From Nemertoderma westbladi (lineage: Eukaryota > Animalia > Xenacoelomorpha): 64,000 nucleotides of DNA. Made by a program: the position numbers and the translations under genes. Under the pieces are notes generated by a model. The model saw nothing but the letters and a program-made list of their open reading frames with translations, did not search any database and had not been told where the DNA came from. Of the stretch, positions 37,186-49,268 are shown piece after piece (the first letter of the stretch is position 1; each line of letters begins with the position of its first letter). Where the stretch lies: NCBI GenBank assembly GCA_032718475.1, contig JAUCBJ010006143.1:1220-65219 (forward strand). Reading direction: 5' to 3'.

Positions 37186-37628
37186 ATATGCTGCTAATAA
37201 TACTAGGTGAAATAAGAAATCAATCAGCATGCAGTTCAGCACTATCCTTGTTTTACTGGTCATCCAGTATTACCAGTGTTGCTGTATTCTGGTATTACAT
37301 AGTCTATTCCAGTATTGTTAGTGTTAGATCAATTCATCTGCTAAATGTTGGCAGTTGAGTGCAGAAGTTGCGGAATTTATTATTAAGGATACCATTAATA
37401 CCAGAAAACCGAACTGACTAGAAAATCATGTGTGGGGTTCTAGATCTTTCATCCGCGCTTCTAACCACTCTGGTATGCCACTTCACTACAGTATCTCTGT
37501 AGGCAGGACCTAATTGTGGCCCTCTTGCTGTCTTAATATTAAATACCGCAACATCTGCACTTTAACTGTTTAACATTTAGCAGATGACAAGATCCAACAC
37601 TAACAATACTTGAATACTGGAATACACT

Positions 37629-38129
37629 GGAAAAATCCTGGAAAAAAATGGATACCATCTGGAAATCAGATCACTCCAGGCACCTGAAGACCAAGTTCTT
37701 TCGAGCCACAGTGGAAAGTGTATTTTTATATGGGGGTGAGACCTGGACACTGACTAAATCACTTGAACAACGAATTGATGGTTGCTACACATGACTACTA
37801 AGGGCAGTCCTAAACATCAGCTGGAGACAACACATGACAAACGCCGAGCTTTATGGTACAATACCACCTGTATCAACCACCCTCCGTGAACGCAGATTAA
37901 GATTCAGTGGGCACTGCTGGCGAAGTAAAGACGAGGTCATACCAGATCTACTTCTCTGGCAACCAACTCATGGAAAGCGTAGTCGTGGACGACCTGCCAT
38001 AACATATATAGATCAACTTGAAAGGGATACTGAACTTGGGAGAAACAAAATTGCGACAACTATGGAGAATCGGGAAGCCTGGAAGGATCTCATTTCCACT
38101 GTCCGAGTTTGCTCGACCTAGTAGTAGTA
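37629..38129 (+). mobile_element. 5'-truncated RTE-clade LINE
   Basis: IWKS...KFFRATVESVFLYGGETWTLTK...RERRLRFSGHCWR...RSRGRPAITYIDQL; (TAG)n tail; 10-bp TSD GGAATACACT (37619-28, 38130-39). Confidence 0.9.
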
Positions 38130-39795
38130 GGAATACACTACCAGAACCCACCATTCAGGATGCTGCCGAAATGCATGCTGATTGGGGTTACTGTTCCTTG
38201 GTTGCCTGGCAACAATGGTTTCTGTGTAGTATTAGACACTTTCAACTTATTTTTTAGCAGCATATGAGGTAAAATTTAATGCTATCACTGCTGTCACTGT
38301 TTTCTGGACAGTTTATAGTGTTTCCCTATGTTTTATGAAGATTACTTAATGGTGTGCTATGCGAGGAGTACATTTAAGATTACCAATTCAGTTTAATACA
38401 TGTATTAAATTTCCTGTTGATCAATATTTTTACTTTTTCCGGGTGCATTACAGTTTTTTTCATATAATGTTTTTCTAGTGTTTTACTGTTTTACTAGTGT
38501 TTTTCGAATTTATAATTATCCTTCATTTTCCTATACCTACGTTTTATAAATATTGAGAATTTGATCCAGAGGCAAATTCACAGCCAGCTAGCTGGGTTTC
38601 TAGTATTGAAATATAGTTGTGATCAAATCAGGGGACTTGGTATTCACTCAGGAAGAACTCTAAACCACAGTAAATCGATTTCAACTATACAGACTACGAA
38701 GTAGGTTTGCTGTATTTTTAGGGCTAAATTTGGCAAATTTTGCAAAATTTTAAAGGCCATGAGGGTGGGGTAGATTTATATGAAAATCACAATTTCACAT
38801 TTTGTGTTTTTTTTCGAACCTATTTGACATTAAATATTTGCATCTTCCATAACTTTTATCAAAAATGCAAGATATCTGGGATTTCCAAAACTGGCATTGC
38901 CTTCCCAAAAATTTGAAATTTTCAAGTGTCATGAGGCCCGCTTAGAATTTTTCGAAATCAAAATTTTTTTTTTGCAAAGTTAGTTTAGACCGATTTGGCA
39001 TCAGAAAAATAGTGCTTCCCTTAAAAATAAAGAAAAAAAAATTTTTCACTCCACCCTATTATTCACAGAGTACATTACGTAATACTGTATACCGACGGTA
39101 TCTAAATATTTTCTTACAGATTTATTTAGAAACTCAGAACCTTGATCCGTGGCGATTCTGTTTAGTTTACCCTTTTGGAATATTTTTTGCAATATACTAA
39201 TAATTTCAATACCTGTTTTTGTTTTCATACCATAGGCAAAAGCAAGCTGGCTGAAGGCATCAATACATGTTAATATATAGTTATAATTATTATTTTGTGA
39301 TTTATATTGCTGCATATCCACCAGATCTATCATATATATATCTTTTAAGCCTCCCGTAAATATTTTAGATGTTGGATAATTATGTCTACGTGGTGTGTGA
39401 AGGGAGTATGTCTTTTGCCCGCTCAACCATTTCTGGGCTTGAACTGGTTTGATGTTTGTGGCTTTTGCTAATTTTGCGATACTTGCAAAACCCGCAGGGG
39501 ATGAAGGATCTAAATAAATTCTTAACAGTTTTTTGTCTAAGCTTCGGCTTAAAATCGGTTTCATCTTGCGTGGCATCTTTTCGACAACCGCAAGTAATAT
39601 GTATATTCAAATCTCTTATAAAGGGCATCACCGTAAGAACAACTGAAATTTTCTAATTTTCTTTAAAGTTGATGTTTTGAAGGGTTTTTGAAGTAGTATT
39701 TACTCTAGGTATATCTTGAGGTTTTAAATCAGTAGCTAACGGTTTACTCGATACTAAATATAATTTTCTAAATGTTACTCTTGTTTTAACCATTA

Positions 39796-40179
39796 TCACC
39801 ATCCGCGGTTAATTTTTTTCGCAATAGCCGCTCCAGCGGCAGCGGCACCAGCACTCGCGGCGAGTTTCGCACCAATGCCGAGTAAGGGTATTAGAAACGG
39901 TAGTATGCCTCCAGATTGATTGCTTAACTTTTTTCTGTAACTTGATATATTTTTTGTTTTACGGTTGAGGGATTTCAATACCTTTTTATAGCGCCGAATA
40001 TTTCTAAATGAATGAGGGGTCAATTGTACGTTACCTTTTAGAACATTTAATGCAGTATTTACAATGAGCCGTATTAATTCGTTACTAGCGGTATGGTTAA
40101 TAAAATAAGTTCTTTGTTGAGGGGTAGCGCTGCGTAGAAATTCCAGTTCGTTACGATATTTCTGCACAAGTCTATTCAT
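39796..40179 (-). CDS. Conserved small Polinton protein with QSGG plus hydrophobic/amphipathic tail (putative membrane-active virion protein)
   Basis: LIRLIVNTALNVLKGNVQLT...NQSGGILPFLIPLLG, the pattern and position expected downstream of the Polinton ATPase. Confidence 0.75.
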   Translation of the reverse strand: MNRLVQKYRNELEFLRSATPQQRTYFINHTASNELIRLIVNTALNVLKGNVQLTPHSFRNIRRYKKVLKSLNRKTKNISSYRKKLSNQSGGILPFLIPLLGIGAKLAASAGAAAAGAAIAKKINRGW

Positions 40180-40219
40180 TGTTGCAACATTATTGAAAAT
40201 TGTTACAAAATATTAATTA

Positions 40220-40897
40220 TTAATTATTATTGTTATTATTATTTTCGCTACGTTTATAGTCAATGTAATTTTTAATGTAACAATTATGATTACGAAATAT
40301 ATCCGATCTAAATCTTAAATGTTCGGGTGTTTCCTGTCGTAAATCAATTAAGAAATGTGAAAATGGTTCAATAGTTGCATCTTGATAGGAATCTACTAAA
40401 AATTTGGTCTGCCCTGGTAACATTTGCTTCGCAAAATTTAAAACCGATAAACTGTCTCTCGGATTTTTCATTAATACTAAAGTATGGCTATTAATTGATC
40501 TTGTGCGGTTATGCTTCCCGCCGTAAAACATGTTTTGCATTATAAAACAAATAAATATATTGGAATGATGAGCTACCTTAGTAAACAATACAGTTAATGC
40601 TATACTGGACTCAGTTTCTGTTAACAAATCATCTATAATTAATAAATCTCAACTATTCACTAAACTATCTATATTTTTGGGCAAGCCTTTGTAAAGGTGA
40701 GTAATACCGGGAATAGTCGGGGGATTGCTCCCGTAACAATACAATACTCGCAAGGGGGCTTTGTTGAAACAACCATTCTTGTGTTTAATTAAATTACTGA
40801 CAAATGTTGACTTTCCGGAACCAGATGGGCCAGAAATTATCATACTTGTTCCCATTTGAAAGTTTAAATTATATGGACCTGAATTAAAGTCAGCCAT
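40220..40897 (-). pseudogene. A32/FtsK-like packaging ATPase; one in-frame stop
   Basis: Walker A GPSGSGKST; read-through VNS*DLLIIDDLL gives Walker B; HHSNI...MQN, RSINS, MKNPRD, LIDL..ETP..LR.R. Confidence 0.93.
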
Positions 40898-41336
40898 TTA
40901 TTATTATTATTATTAAGATATATCAACAATACAATATAATATAAATATCAATATCAATAAACCAACACCATTACTATGTATATAACAATAATTGTTGCAA
41001 CTACAATATTAGAGTACTGTATATTTAATTAACATATGACGCAGCTACAGTATGTGACGCTCGCTGCAACAAAAGGTGCTATTTCCAATTATAGTATAGA
41101 CTGATGTAATTTCAAGCATGGTGAGCATCTTTATACGCGAAATAATGATAGGTAACATCGGCGGTTTGGTAATCACTTCCCGAAAATTTTGCGCTAATGA
41201 TTTTTTTATGTTCGCTGCTAAAAAAATTAGGAATATAGTAGCAACACCGTCGTACTACATTTCTATAAAAAATATTCTCCAATATTGTAAATAAATCTCC
41301 TGGATCATTACTTTCCGCAGAAATATAAGTTATATT

Positions 41337-41564
41337 TCAAAGCTCTTTCCAATAATAGGGTTGGTAACTTACCAACTTTATATTAAACTTAGATATGGGT
41401 GCGCGACAAATAGGACAAATTTTAGAACAATAATTATTCATTTCGGAATATTGTACAATACATTGTACGCAAGTTGCATGTTTATTTTCACATTTATAAT
41501 AATCTCGATGTTGTTGCAATAACTTAGAATAGCAAACTGGACATTTTTCATTTAAAATATCCAT
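41337..41564 (-). CDS. Small C3HC4 RING-finger protein
   Basis: CPVC...CENKHATCVQC...CPICR. Confidence 0.8.
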   Translation of the reverse strand: MDILNEKCPVCYSKLLQQHRDYYKCENKHATCVQCIVQYSEMNNYCSKICPICRAPISKFNIKLVSYQPYYWKEL

Positions 41565-41729
41565 TTTCCAAATTTTAAAGTAAGTTGAAAATAATTATCA
41601 CAATACACAACAACAACAACAAACAAAACTGTTATACTGTATATACAAATACTACTACAATTTTCGATTATTTAAAAACCTCAAAATTATATAAATAATC
41701 ATAAAATATTTATAATATAGAGGGAAAAG

Positions 41730-42173
41730 TCAAGAATCAATGATATTATCAACATATTCAACATTATCTGTTGATTCTTCAGTTTTGACAAAGGATTCTT
41801 TTAAAATCATTACAATAAAGAAATACATAATTTTGTAGGGATTATGGCGATTTAGCTGTATTTCAAACTTTTCACCAGCTTTGTTGTATTGTGTAATAAC
41901 AATAAACCCCTCTATCATGGATAATAGTAAGATGTTGATTAATTTTCCCTCATGCTCAACTTTCAGGTTGTAATCTAAGAGATGAATACTATTATCAGAA
42001 GCATCAATATCAATTGAGCTTAAAACTTTCCTGGCTTTTTCAGAAAACTCAATTTTATATTTATCATCTCCCTGACGGTAAATTGTATAATCAATAACAA
42101 TATAGGCTTCACCATCTTCTGCAAAAAATGAATGCCTTACTATTGGCATAACCATATCGGAATTAGAAGACAT
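41730..42173 (-). CDS. Hypothetical Polinton protein (147 aa)
   Basis: Intact ATG ORF co-oriented with the right gene arm; no motif recognised. Confidence 0.5.
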   Translation of the reverse strand: MSSNSDMVMPIVRHSFFAEDGEAYIVIDYTIYRQGDDKYKIEFSEKARKVLSSIDIDASDNSIHLLDYNLKVEHEGKLINILLLSMIEGFIVITQYNKAGEKFEIQLNRHNPYKIMYFFIVMILKESFVKTEESTDNVEYVDNIIDS

Positions 42174-42449
42174 TATTTAATATTTTATTGTAAATCAAAC
42201 CAACAAAGTAAAAACTTTTAAACTAAAACCATTACAAATGATTAATTGTGATTAAAGCAAGAGATTATATATAAGATATTTTCAAAAATAATACAGGTCT
42301 TAAACTGAAAAAATAGCCTAAATTCGGTTTATTGATTGGTTGATTAGCCGGTAGGGAAATGCAGTTTAATTAAAAATTATTTGGTTCAGCGTAATAATAA
42401 TAATAATAATAATCACTAATGTACGTATACGCGTAGCGGGAAACGGAGT

Positions 42450-42897
42450 GGAATTTCATGTATCATACTGAGTGGTTGGTTGGTTTGTTGGTTTGGTGAC
42501 AGCCGTTGAGGAGTAGCAGCGCTAGCTAGCGGAGGGTAAATCGTTGAGTTGGTAATCGATATAATATAATATATAATATTGAGGGAGGGTATATGCACGA
42601 TGCGTGTAGATGGCCACGTCGTCGTTGTTGTCATCATATACAGTATACAGCGGTGGTGGTGTTGGCAGTGGTGGTGATGTGGCGAAAAGGTGAATAACAT
42701 TAGGGTTAGTAGTTAGTTAGTCAGTAGTCGAGTTAGGCTACGCTACGATTGGTTGATGGCAACTGCCGATGGTGACATATGGCGCACGCATTGCAATTTA
42801 GCACCGGAATTTGACATTTTTAATACCCCTCTCAATGGAATGTGCATAGCCCAGGCTTAGGGAGGACTATCGTGAGGACTATGCTTTATCTACTACT
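42450..42897 (-). repeat. Polinton right terminal inverted repeat
   Basis: Reverse complement of 18562-19030. Confidence 0.92.
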
Positions 42898-42903
42898 GTC
42901 GTG

Positions 42904-43611
42904 TCTGAATCAAGATTGTACCATTCAGGCGGTTGGGCAGTTTATTCTGCTAGGCGCATTACAAATAGGGCTATTTGGGATACTAACACCTACCGTGTCC
43001 TCGCCAACATCCTGATAAGATCCTGATCTTGATAACATCCATAATTGCCACGCCCACCTAGACAACCAAAATTCTAGATAGGAGACCAGGCTAGCTATTG
43101 TAACTGTACGCCTACTGTAGTAAACTAACACTTTTCTTCTTAGTATCAGGGACTTAGTAGATTTAAATTGCCGAATTCAACACACACACGCGTTTAGGAA
43201 TTATTTACACCTTGAAATATATAAAATAATTTGTCCACACCGCAGTTCGTCCGCTAGTTAGATATTTAGCTAGCAACCCCCACCCCATATAAATCACACC
43301 GCGGCAAAGTATACGAACACCTTTAGTCCGTCAGCAAGTCAGCACGATTGTTAGGATTTGCTGCACGGGATTTTGTATTATCGAAGTTTGTCCGTTTGTA
43401 GACTGTTTTCTGCCTCACCGGTTAACGAGACCGATACTGCATGCAATAGATTTGCTTACTTAGAGTTTACTGTTTTGTTGAGAAGGTTGGATTTTTGTTT
43501 TGTGATTTACAGACTTTACAGTAGGATATTGCAGGATTCACACATAGTAGAGATGCTATTTCGGAATCAACGAACAGTAGGAATATGTTTCTAGATCTGG
43601 TCGATCAAACA
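42904..43611 (+). repeat. 3' LTR of the BEL element, right part
   Basis: Resumes exactly after the TSD (TCTGAATCAAGATTG = 2040 onward) and ends ...ATCAAACA. Confidence 0.88.
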
Positions 43612-46600
43612 CTGAATGTTTTTATTAAAATTCATCACTTGCAATCTTCATGGTAATAAATTGATACCATATCTAATTTTTTTGTTCTCACTCTGAAGTT
43701 GTGTTATTTCCTTAATAATTTCTTCATTATCTTACTTAGTATATTCGTTGGTTGGAAAATCATACACTCGAATAAATGATACTGATTCCGACATTGGAAT
43801 TGTAAAACCAGTAAAAAAAATAAATATACCTATTTATTTTTTTTCTGGTTTTATAACTCCAATGAGTGAGTCAGTATCATTTTATCAGGTGTTGTTTTCC
43901 GACCATCACAACTTTAGAGTGAGAACTATGGTGTCAATTTATTACAGCAATACAGTTTAAAATTTATCACTTGTAATATTTTTCGTATTTATTATTATTA
44001 TGGCCTTAAAGCAAAAAACCGGAGCAACAAATAGCTGGAAATTTACTTACAATAAATATACTTGCACCGTCGTTTACAGCAAGTATTTTATTGTGGAATC
44101 TCAGGAGGACAACGAATCAATTTGTTTTTCCCACCAAGATACCCGCTATTTGCTAGACATTCTAGAAACAACCAACAACCAAATTCAATCCAGACCAGCA
44201 ATTATACCAGGTAGGATATATCCCACTCTTCGTTTTGCATGAGGAAATTTGAATATTTCTATCAACCCTACGTCGGGTGATGTTTACGTTCAGAAACAAG
44301 GCAAAGTAAAGTTCTTAACAAAGCTTTTACCGAAGTTCTAATTCAATACAGAGGGAAATTATTGCAATTTCTCTCTCCACCGCTAGAGATTATTAGCAAT
44401 CAATTCTACATTGAATTATCAAATCCACAATTTATTGGATTTGTAACAGCTTTTAAAGGAACCAACTATGTTGGCTTATGGAAAATCAGCCTCAGATACG
44501 CTGATAGTGTTGGTTTTAACTATTATACGGGTTTCAATTTGTCAAATCAGGAACTAACCGTTTTGTTGCTAGAGTGGGACACCCAAATCGATGAAACAAA
44601 CAAGCATCTTTTTGATAAAAATATCATTCAACTATCAGATATGATCTATCATTTATGATTAAAACCAATAATAAAAAATTATTATTACCAACACCAATAA
44701 TTCTACTGAAGTCGACACAGGTGGAAATTTTATTGAGTTGCATTACTTGAATGATAGAGCTCATATTAGTTTTCTCAAAGAGGCAATGGATGGTGTTTCT
44801 CTTACTGAAGCTAATGTGGATGGTTTTGTCCTTTTGGATAAACCTAAAGCATTTGTAGAGATCCCATCACCTAAACCGGATGTTGAAGAGAGTTGCTCTC
44901 AACCGCAACAGGTCTTTCCTGAAATATTACTCGGAAGCCAAGATGATTGAGTAAATTAACCAACGCATCACCTGCAAAGAAACAGAAAGTTGCTTTTAAC
45001 CCAGTTCCAGTAGATCCAGTTACTAATTCTCCATGGAAACCTGATTATTATTCTTACATGGAAACCCTATCATAAGTTAATCCGTTTGAGGTTTCCAATA
45101 GCCATAAGCGATTGGTGATTGGTGATTGATTTAAAATTATTTCACTCGCTAGCATATAAATGTTTAGATATAGTCAATAACATTTCATTTCATTTTATTT
45201 TATTTTAATCTTTGGTGATATTTTATTATCATTATTATTTATTAATCTAAACAAACTTTAACATGGATAAAATAGCAATATGTTGTTCATTCTGTCATAT
45301 GAATGTAACTAGACATAATTATTTACGTTACCTAAAGTCACATTTTGAAGGTTATTCTTGTTTTAAGTGTCATGTCGTGACTTCATGCAGTGAAATTTGT
45401 AAATGACATGAATCAACTATGGGTTGTAAAGAAATGGAGTTCCGTACCATCAATTGACTTGTTCTACCTGTAATAAAGAGTATACATATGAGAATTATTT
45501 ACGACACGACTGTCACTTGAAATGTTATTACACAAGAAAGCGTAAATCTCCGCAACATAAAAATATAATATCTAGAAAAAACTTAAAGGTGACTCTTGGT
45601 TCATGCGCAACAATTTTTACGCGGGAACAAGAAGCTCACGAAAGTGCTCGTCTTGAAATTTATGTTCACAACCTCCCAACTTCTAGAGATTATCCAGATG
45701 TAGAAACAGCATTATCGCAAATTCGAGGTAATATTCTTCAGTTAATATTAGACAGATTGAAAGAAATGAATGTTCTTAGAATGTGGTTAGGTCTAAATGT
45801 ATTAATGTACAGATCACATTTTTCAGAAGGCGAGCAATTGGAAACCTTTTATTTTAATTCTTCCGGTGGTGCTATTAATACTTTAGATTCATCACAAAGT
45901 TTTGACACATGGTTTGAGTATGTGGTGGAAAATATATTACAAAAAATAGCCATCTTTAACACACGTGGTTCAGGCTGGCGTATTAAATCTTTATTAAGAG
46001 TTGAAATTAAATTAGCTGAATCTAAGTGTAGGTCGTTACTATATAAGGGGCATGGATATATGGAATTACCTAAAGCTTTATCAGGAAAAAATTGTACAAT
46101 AAATATACAAACGGCTGATAATGACTGTTTCAAATGGGCTATTATAACCGAAAAATTTGGTAGCAAAGTGAAATACAACAAAAACCGTACTTTGTCGTAC
46201 AAAAATTATATGAGTCATTTAATTTTTGACAACAGAAAAATGATTATCCAACAGAGTGGCAGCTAGCAATTAAACTTTTTGAAAAACAAAATTCTAAATA
46301 TATAATAATTTATTATGCTGGAATAACGACAACAAACGCACCCCCGTATCTATATTAAGACAAGAAGTGGGGACTTCGCGCAGCACAAAGTTGGCAGAGC
46401 CTTAGCGAATTGACACTGTTAGGGGGTAGGTCAATTTATGCAAATAGTCACGTTGGCCCTCTAGCGGCAGACTGGAGAACTGCAGATGGATTCGCCTCCT
46501 TTGAAAGTCACAGCTAATGGTCTAATACATATCTGCCAAGTTTCAGCTTAAACGGATTAAAAGCAAAGAAATGGGAGGGCATTTAATGTTTAGACATGTG

Positions 46601-47110
46601 GCCCTCTAGCGGGAGACCATTGCACTGATGGTGTCTGAAAGTCTCTCAAAAATCTCAACTTTTGCTCATATTGATACCTACAAATTTTCAACTTGGCAGC
46701 TTTAAATCCGACAAAGTTATTAGCATGTCAAAATCGTAACGACGACGACGAAGACGACGACGACGACAACGACGACGACGACGACAACGACGACGACAAC
46801 AACGACGACGACGACGACAACTATTTGCATAAATTGACCCACCCCCTAACAGTGTCAATTCGCTAAGGCTCCGCCAACTTCGTGGCTCGCCCCACAACCT
46901 CCGTTTAGTAAAATTACACCGGATAAAGAGTTATTAAATATATTACTTTTAGTAAAAAATAACAATGTACCTAAACTGAATCATTATGTTTGCATAACTA
47001 ACTTGAATCGATTGCTGAATATGAAAGTTCTTCATATCCACAATAGGAAATATTGTGAAAGGTGTTTGACTCATTGTTATCGAAAGGAAGTTCTTCATCG
47101 ACACCGTCTC
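43612..47110 (+). mobile_element. Fragment of a second, diverged copy of the same Polinton family (PC4-like gene and pPolB N-terminus)
   Basis: Colinear with ~19332-22290; ORFs 44000, 44362, 44738 and 45454 match ORFs 19735, 19975, 21003 and 21458. No TIR present. Confidence 0.93.
46362..46895 (-). mobile_element. HINE/DINE-1-like element, second copy
   Basis: Near-identical to 25093-25599 with a longer microsatellite. Excision restores TTAAGAC|AACCTCC as at 22057-22070. Confidence 0.72.
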
Positions 47111-47677
47111 TCCCCGTACTCTTCCCACGACCACCTCCCTAATCCAACAAACATCTAGGGACTCCCCAACGTAACAGCGTCTGGAGTGGGTGTGTGACTA
47201 CATTATTTTATATATTTTTATTATTTTTATATTTATGTATGTATTATTACGTAATTTTATTATTATAATCGTTTTCTTTAATTTTATCTAGTAGAATGTT
47301 ATTTTAGCGATTATTTAGTAGATTAGTGCAATATATATTCGTGTTTATTATTTAATTACTTAACATTATATTTTGTGCAACGGCGAGAAATAATTATTTT
47401 TCTCTTTCCTTACTGACCGTATCATATTATAAATACGTGACTACAGTAAGATGAAATGTCCGTACTTATTAAAGTACAATAAAGCTCCTACTATACTCAA
47501 GTCTTATTGGTAAGTAGAGTATTAGGAATGCAAAGTTCAGATCCTCGTGTCTCGACTAAACCAAGCTCCGGGTAGACCTTGGAAACGACTTGCCTCTTCT
47601 CACTGACATTGATCCTTGCAATATTGCTCTCATACCGTATATTAAATAATACATATAGTAGCGTGATGTCCCTTTAA

Positions 47678-49241
47678 CCCTATTAGTACCGGGCTATAAA
47701 ATGCTGTACAAATACCGGGGGGGGGGGGGGTCATATTGACCCTTCCCTCTAAAATCTACAAATATTAACGAAAACGTCTGATTTTTTGTTTGTACGTAGG
47801 TATCACTAGTCTGGATCCGACCGAAAAAAAAAATTTTCAAAAAAATGGACTGGAGTGGTAATATTGCAGCACCAAAATTACAAGTAGTGCAAAATTTTCA
47901 CAAAATTTGAAAGTTACATTTTTCGGCTAATTGTTTTTCAATACAGGTTTTCTGGGGCGCAAAATACATTGGAAAATATTTAAAAATGATATGATTACCA
48001 TAAATGGCTGTTTAGTCTTCTATGCGTAGGAAAAAAATAAAAAAAAACAAGTAACCAGCACTTTTCAGTTAGAACACAAAATTTTTAATTCACTTATACG
48101 ATGCTATAAATTCACCTTTTTAGGTTTTCTAGGGCGCTGTTTCTAATGGAATACATTTCAAATATGCCAGATCATTGCTACTTGTATTTTTTGGCGTAAT
48201 TTGGCAAATTTTGGTGCTAGCACCAAATTTCGTACCCATCACCAAAAAGTACAAGTTTGCGATGTCCAGTGCTGTTTTTATTGTTTCCTTCGGATCAGGA
48301 CCCTCATAAACCCGTATAACGCAAGAAACAAGATGATACTATCTACTGATCAATTTACTCATTTTCCAAAATTTGGTGCAAAAAACAATTTTCACCCACC
48401 AGAGAAAAATACAAGTTTGAAAACTTTTATGAAATTTTTACTGATTCCATTGAATTCAGAACCCTAACAAACCCGTATAACGCAAGAAACAAGATGACAC
48501 AATCAATTGATATATTTGATGGTTTTCAAAATTTGGTGCTAGCACCACATTTTGCACCCACTTCCGAAAAATACAAGTTTGAGATGTCTAGTTCGATAAT
48601 TATATATTCCATTGAATTCAGAACAGCCATAAACCTCTAAAATGCAAGAAATAAATTGTCACAAGCAATTTTATCTATTGAATGGATTTTCAAAATTTCG
48701 TGCTAGCACCAAAATTTGCACACAGCACCGAAAAATACAAGTTTGATACGCTTGGTGCAACTCGTATATATTTCATCGAAACCAGAACCCCAAAAAACCC
48801 AAATTGCGTAAAAAACAAGTTTCAAACAACCAATTTACAAAATTGACATATTTCAAAATTTGGTGCTGGCACCAAAATTTGGCACTCGCCGAAAAAAAAA
48901 GTTTGAAATTTCTAAATCAATTTATATGAATTCCATCCAATTGCTAACACCAAAAAACCGGTGTAAATAAAAAATAGAGATGTTACAATTAATATTTAAT
49001 GAAATGTAATTTTCAAAAAACGTCTCAAAAAAAGTGCCAAAAGTAGGGTTAAAAAATGGTGCTATAACTCGAAAACTACCCAATATTTTTGAAAACGGTT
49101 TTCACTACTAGGAAGACAATAGATTTTTAGGAAAAGTCATAAAATTTCAGAATTCCAACTGCGTTTGTTTCAGAATTAAAATAAAAAAACCACGGGAGGG
49201 GTCATATTGACCCCCCCCCCCCCCCCACGGGTTTAATAGGG
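47678..49241. mobile_element. Non-autonomous piggyBac-like element
   Basis: TTAA|CCCTATTA ... TAATAGGG|TTAA; subterminal GGGTCATATTGACC palindromes at both ends; internal repeats containing TTTGGTGCTAGCACCAAA. Confidence 0.8.
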
Positions 49242-49268
49242 TTAACAGTAGCGTAAAACGCAAAATAT

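Larger units (their letters stand above)
36167..39058. mobile_element. Non-autonomous hAT-like foldback element inserted in the integrase gene
   Basis: Termini TAGGG(G/T)GGAGTGAAAAA; 8-bp TSD TTATTCAC (36159-66, 39059-66); inverted arms ~760 bp (36167-36925 vs 38311-39058) plus weaker inner arms. Confidence 0.88.
35588..39576 (-). pseudogene. Retroviral-like (rve) integrase of the Polinton, split by the 36167-39058 insertion
   Basis: IDLVDM (D), TDQGSEF (D), VERFNRTLK (E), YNRSYHRTI, FAKGY..WT.E and chromo-like EYLVRF. Excision restores YSVN|KAAIVERF in frame, ~362 aa. Confidence 0.95.
18562..42897. mobile_element. Full-length Polinton/Maverick (adintovirus-like), 24.3 kb including nested insertions
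   Basis: Termini AGTAGTAGATAAAGCATAGTCCTCAC... and ...GTGAGGACTATGCTTTATCTACTACT. 6-bp TSD GTCGTG at 18556-18561 and 42898-42903. Carries pPolB, PRO, MCP, mCP, INT and ATPase. Confidence 0.97.
1353..43611 (+). mobile_element. BEL/Pao LTR retrotransposon, decayed, ~17.9 kb excluding the Polinton inserted in its 3' LTR
   Basis: Direct repeats at 1353-2907 and 17876-18561 + 42904-43611 flank gag-PR-RT-RH-IN in BEL order plus an extra 3' ORF. Many stops and frameshifts. Confidence 0.92.

Noticed and set aside
19720-40915. (TTA)n/(AAT)n runs before several Polinton start codons as a promoter motif
   Set aside because: Orientation relative to the gene is inconsistent and such runs are common in this AT-rich DNA.
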